DNA of 53,432 nt, filler included, from Bipalium vagum (taxonomy: Eukaryota), in the NCBI GenBank assembly GCA_037834085.1. It is 3 parts of 3 records of this genome, joined end to end, with 100 filler letters (N's around TTAATTAATTAA, not from the genome) between each part and the next. Parts side by side here need not be neighbours in the genome. Positions count along the whole stretch, not along the records: positions 36,301 to 53,432 come from JBBMKC010077451.1; 2 more parts are not named here. One strand, given 5' to 3'. This document shows positions 51,575-53,432 of this stretch, piece after piece. The position numbers and the translations under genes were made by a program. How positions within the stretch are numbered: the stretch's first letter is position 1; each line of letters begins with the position of its first letter. The notes under the pieces were generated by a model. The model was given only the letters and a program-made list of their open reading frames with translations. It searched no databases and had not been told where the DNA came from.

Positions 51575-52569
51575 TATTTCAGTTAAGGAAAATAGTAAAA
51601 ATTAGAAAGAATTAGTGAACTTTATTTGAAGAACTATTCGTTAATTTACAGAATTTAAATTCCTTCGGTGAAGAATTATTCGTTGATACTGACATCATTC
51701 GCTGAAAGAATTAAAGATTCATTGAAACTTAAATTTTTTCAGCTATTTAAGATAATGTATGCGACTTTACAAAGGACATAATATTCGGATTTCTCATCAG
51801 AAGGCTATTTCCATTTAAGCACGTCTGATAATCTTGGAACTTGAATAAGTATACTGATGGTACTGGTGAGACCACTAAATTGTTTTTTTGATTTTTATTG
51901 TTTAATGCAGTAATCGGTTATCATTTAATATTTAACAATTCGATCTTATTTTAATCATTAACTATTTATTATCAATTCATTTATTGTTTTTGATTCTCAT
52001 TGACTATTCCATATTTAACATTTAATTTGATGATTTTTTTGTCACTTTGATTGCGTTAAACCATATCAGTTATTTCGATAATCGAGTATTGATTTATCAT
52101 GAATTTTTTAAGTTTTTGTTTTATTGTAATATCAATTTTGTGCGTTACAAGCTTGTTGAGTGTTTCAAATTATAAAAAAATATATAAATGAATTAAATTT
52201 AACAAATATTAATTTTCTAATAAAAATAAGTAATATTAAAAAAAATTAATAAAGAATATAATATTTTAGAAAATGTTCTTGAAATTGATGAAGACATGGT
52301 GGAAATATGTTTTTATACGCCAAATTATTTTTCAATATTTCTCAAACAACTTATATTACTTAACGTTTCATATTATTTTATACTTAACTTACAATTGTAA
52401 AGTACTATAGTGTTGAAAATATTTTTTCTGACACTTGCAATTTTGTGATAAAAGATAAGATACTATATATTTTTAAAAGTTGTTGATATTTATAGTTTTT
52501 GCATGCTAATGATATACTTAATAAATTTCAAAGATTTCTTTAAATTTTAAATTTTTAAATGGAAAACAA

Positions 52570-53432
52570 TTTTCTGACACTAACTGAAACATAAATTTAT
52601 TTCATAACATCAATTTTAATTAATAACATTTCCTAGACATAGTCGCACTTTAGGTAATCTGTACCTAAAATTGCAATATAAATCAATAATAATTGATTTT
52701 TTGTGATTATTTATCTCCAAAACAGCATTATGTATTCTGTTGATCAATTCATGCTTAACTTTAGGTCGATAGGCATCATACACAATGTCTAAAATCATTT
52801 TCCATAATATCCAAATCTGGGGATCTTGCTGGCCAATTCAGAACTTGAAAAGATTGTGCTTCCAAATATAAATGAAATTTTTTGGATACATGGATTGAAC
52901 GATTATCCTGAATCACATGATAGCCTTCATGATAATTGAGATTGGTAATGGGTACATCAAAGGCTTTAAGAAGGCAAATGTATTTTTCACTGTCTTGTTT
53001 TCCATCTAATATTTTGACAGCAATTAGACCGTTTACATAGTCATGTCCCACACCATAATTCCTCAACCTTGACATTGACGTTTCTGACGGGGAAATATTT
53101 CTCCCTTCTTAACATAAAAAAGCCTATGTATCATAAAAGTCTTTAAAATATCAATAAATATTTAATACCAGTTGTCAGGACTGTCAAGACTGAATTTTTT
53201 TCATCTATAAATATAGCTGTATTCCAATCAATATTCTGTCCAACCCACTATGAAACCAAACGAATTCTTTCCAATTTATGTTTATTAGAAAGCATAATTT
53301 TCTCTGCCACCTTTCGATATTGCATTTCATTCTTCAGCATCCAATTATTTAGTGCTCTCCTGGACACATCTATATTGGTTAACTGCAATAATTTGTTGCA
53401 TGTAACCTTGTGATGATTATCAGCCTCTTTTG
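52570..53432 (-). mobile_element. Degenerate Tc1 (DD34E) transposase, runs off the window end
   Basis: Minus strand reads VIQDNRSIHVSK..VLNWPARSPDLDIMEN. Upstream remnants include FID(E)KKFSLDSPD. Confidence 0.85.

Noticed and set aside
51783-51802. CUGAUGAG..CGAA minimal hammerhead-like motif (minus strand)
   Set aside because: It has GAAU rather than GAAA, and the homologous copy at ~25382 has CUGGUGG, so the core is not conserved.

Overview
Very AT-rich eukaryotic (invertebrate animal, flatworm-like by inference) genomic DNA, not prokaryotic. It is three assembly segments joined by ~100-nt N/TTAATTAATTAA/N linkers (18704-18804, 36201-36300), plus one ordinary N gap. Four spliced host genes were reconstructed by hand. 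SYF2 is complete (3 exons, - strand). AGBL5/CCP5 (+, 3 exons), an ARHGEF17-like DH-PH RhoGEF (+, 11 exons) and RNF11 (-, 2 exons) are all 3'-incomplete. Intronic and intergenic space is filled with decayed Tc1/mariner-superfamily elements (mariner DD34D, Tc1 DD34E, ITmD37E-type, rosa/DD41D-type, a pogo/Tigger-type MITE), a Polinton/Maverick-type protein-primed DNA polymerase relic and a tRNA-Ala-like Pol III element. The most unusual signal is a non-coding LTR-like repeat family. One copy is a clean solo LTR with a 4-bp target-site duplication, and two diverged copies preserve a GC-rich, GNRA-capped RNA hairpin with a compensatory base change. No database searches or folding programs were run; all calls come from reading the sequence and recalled family motifs.
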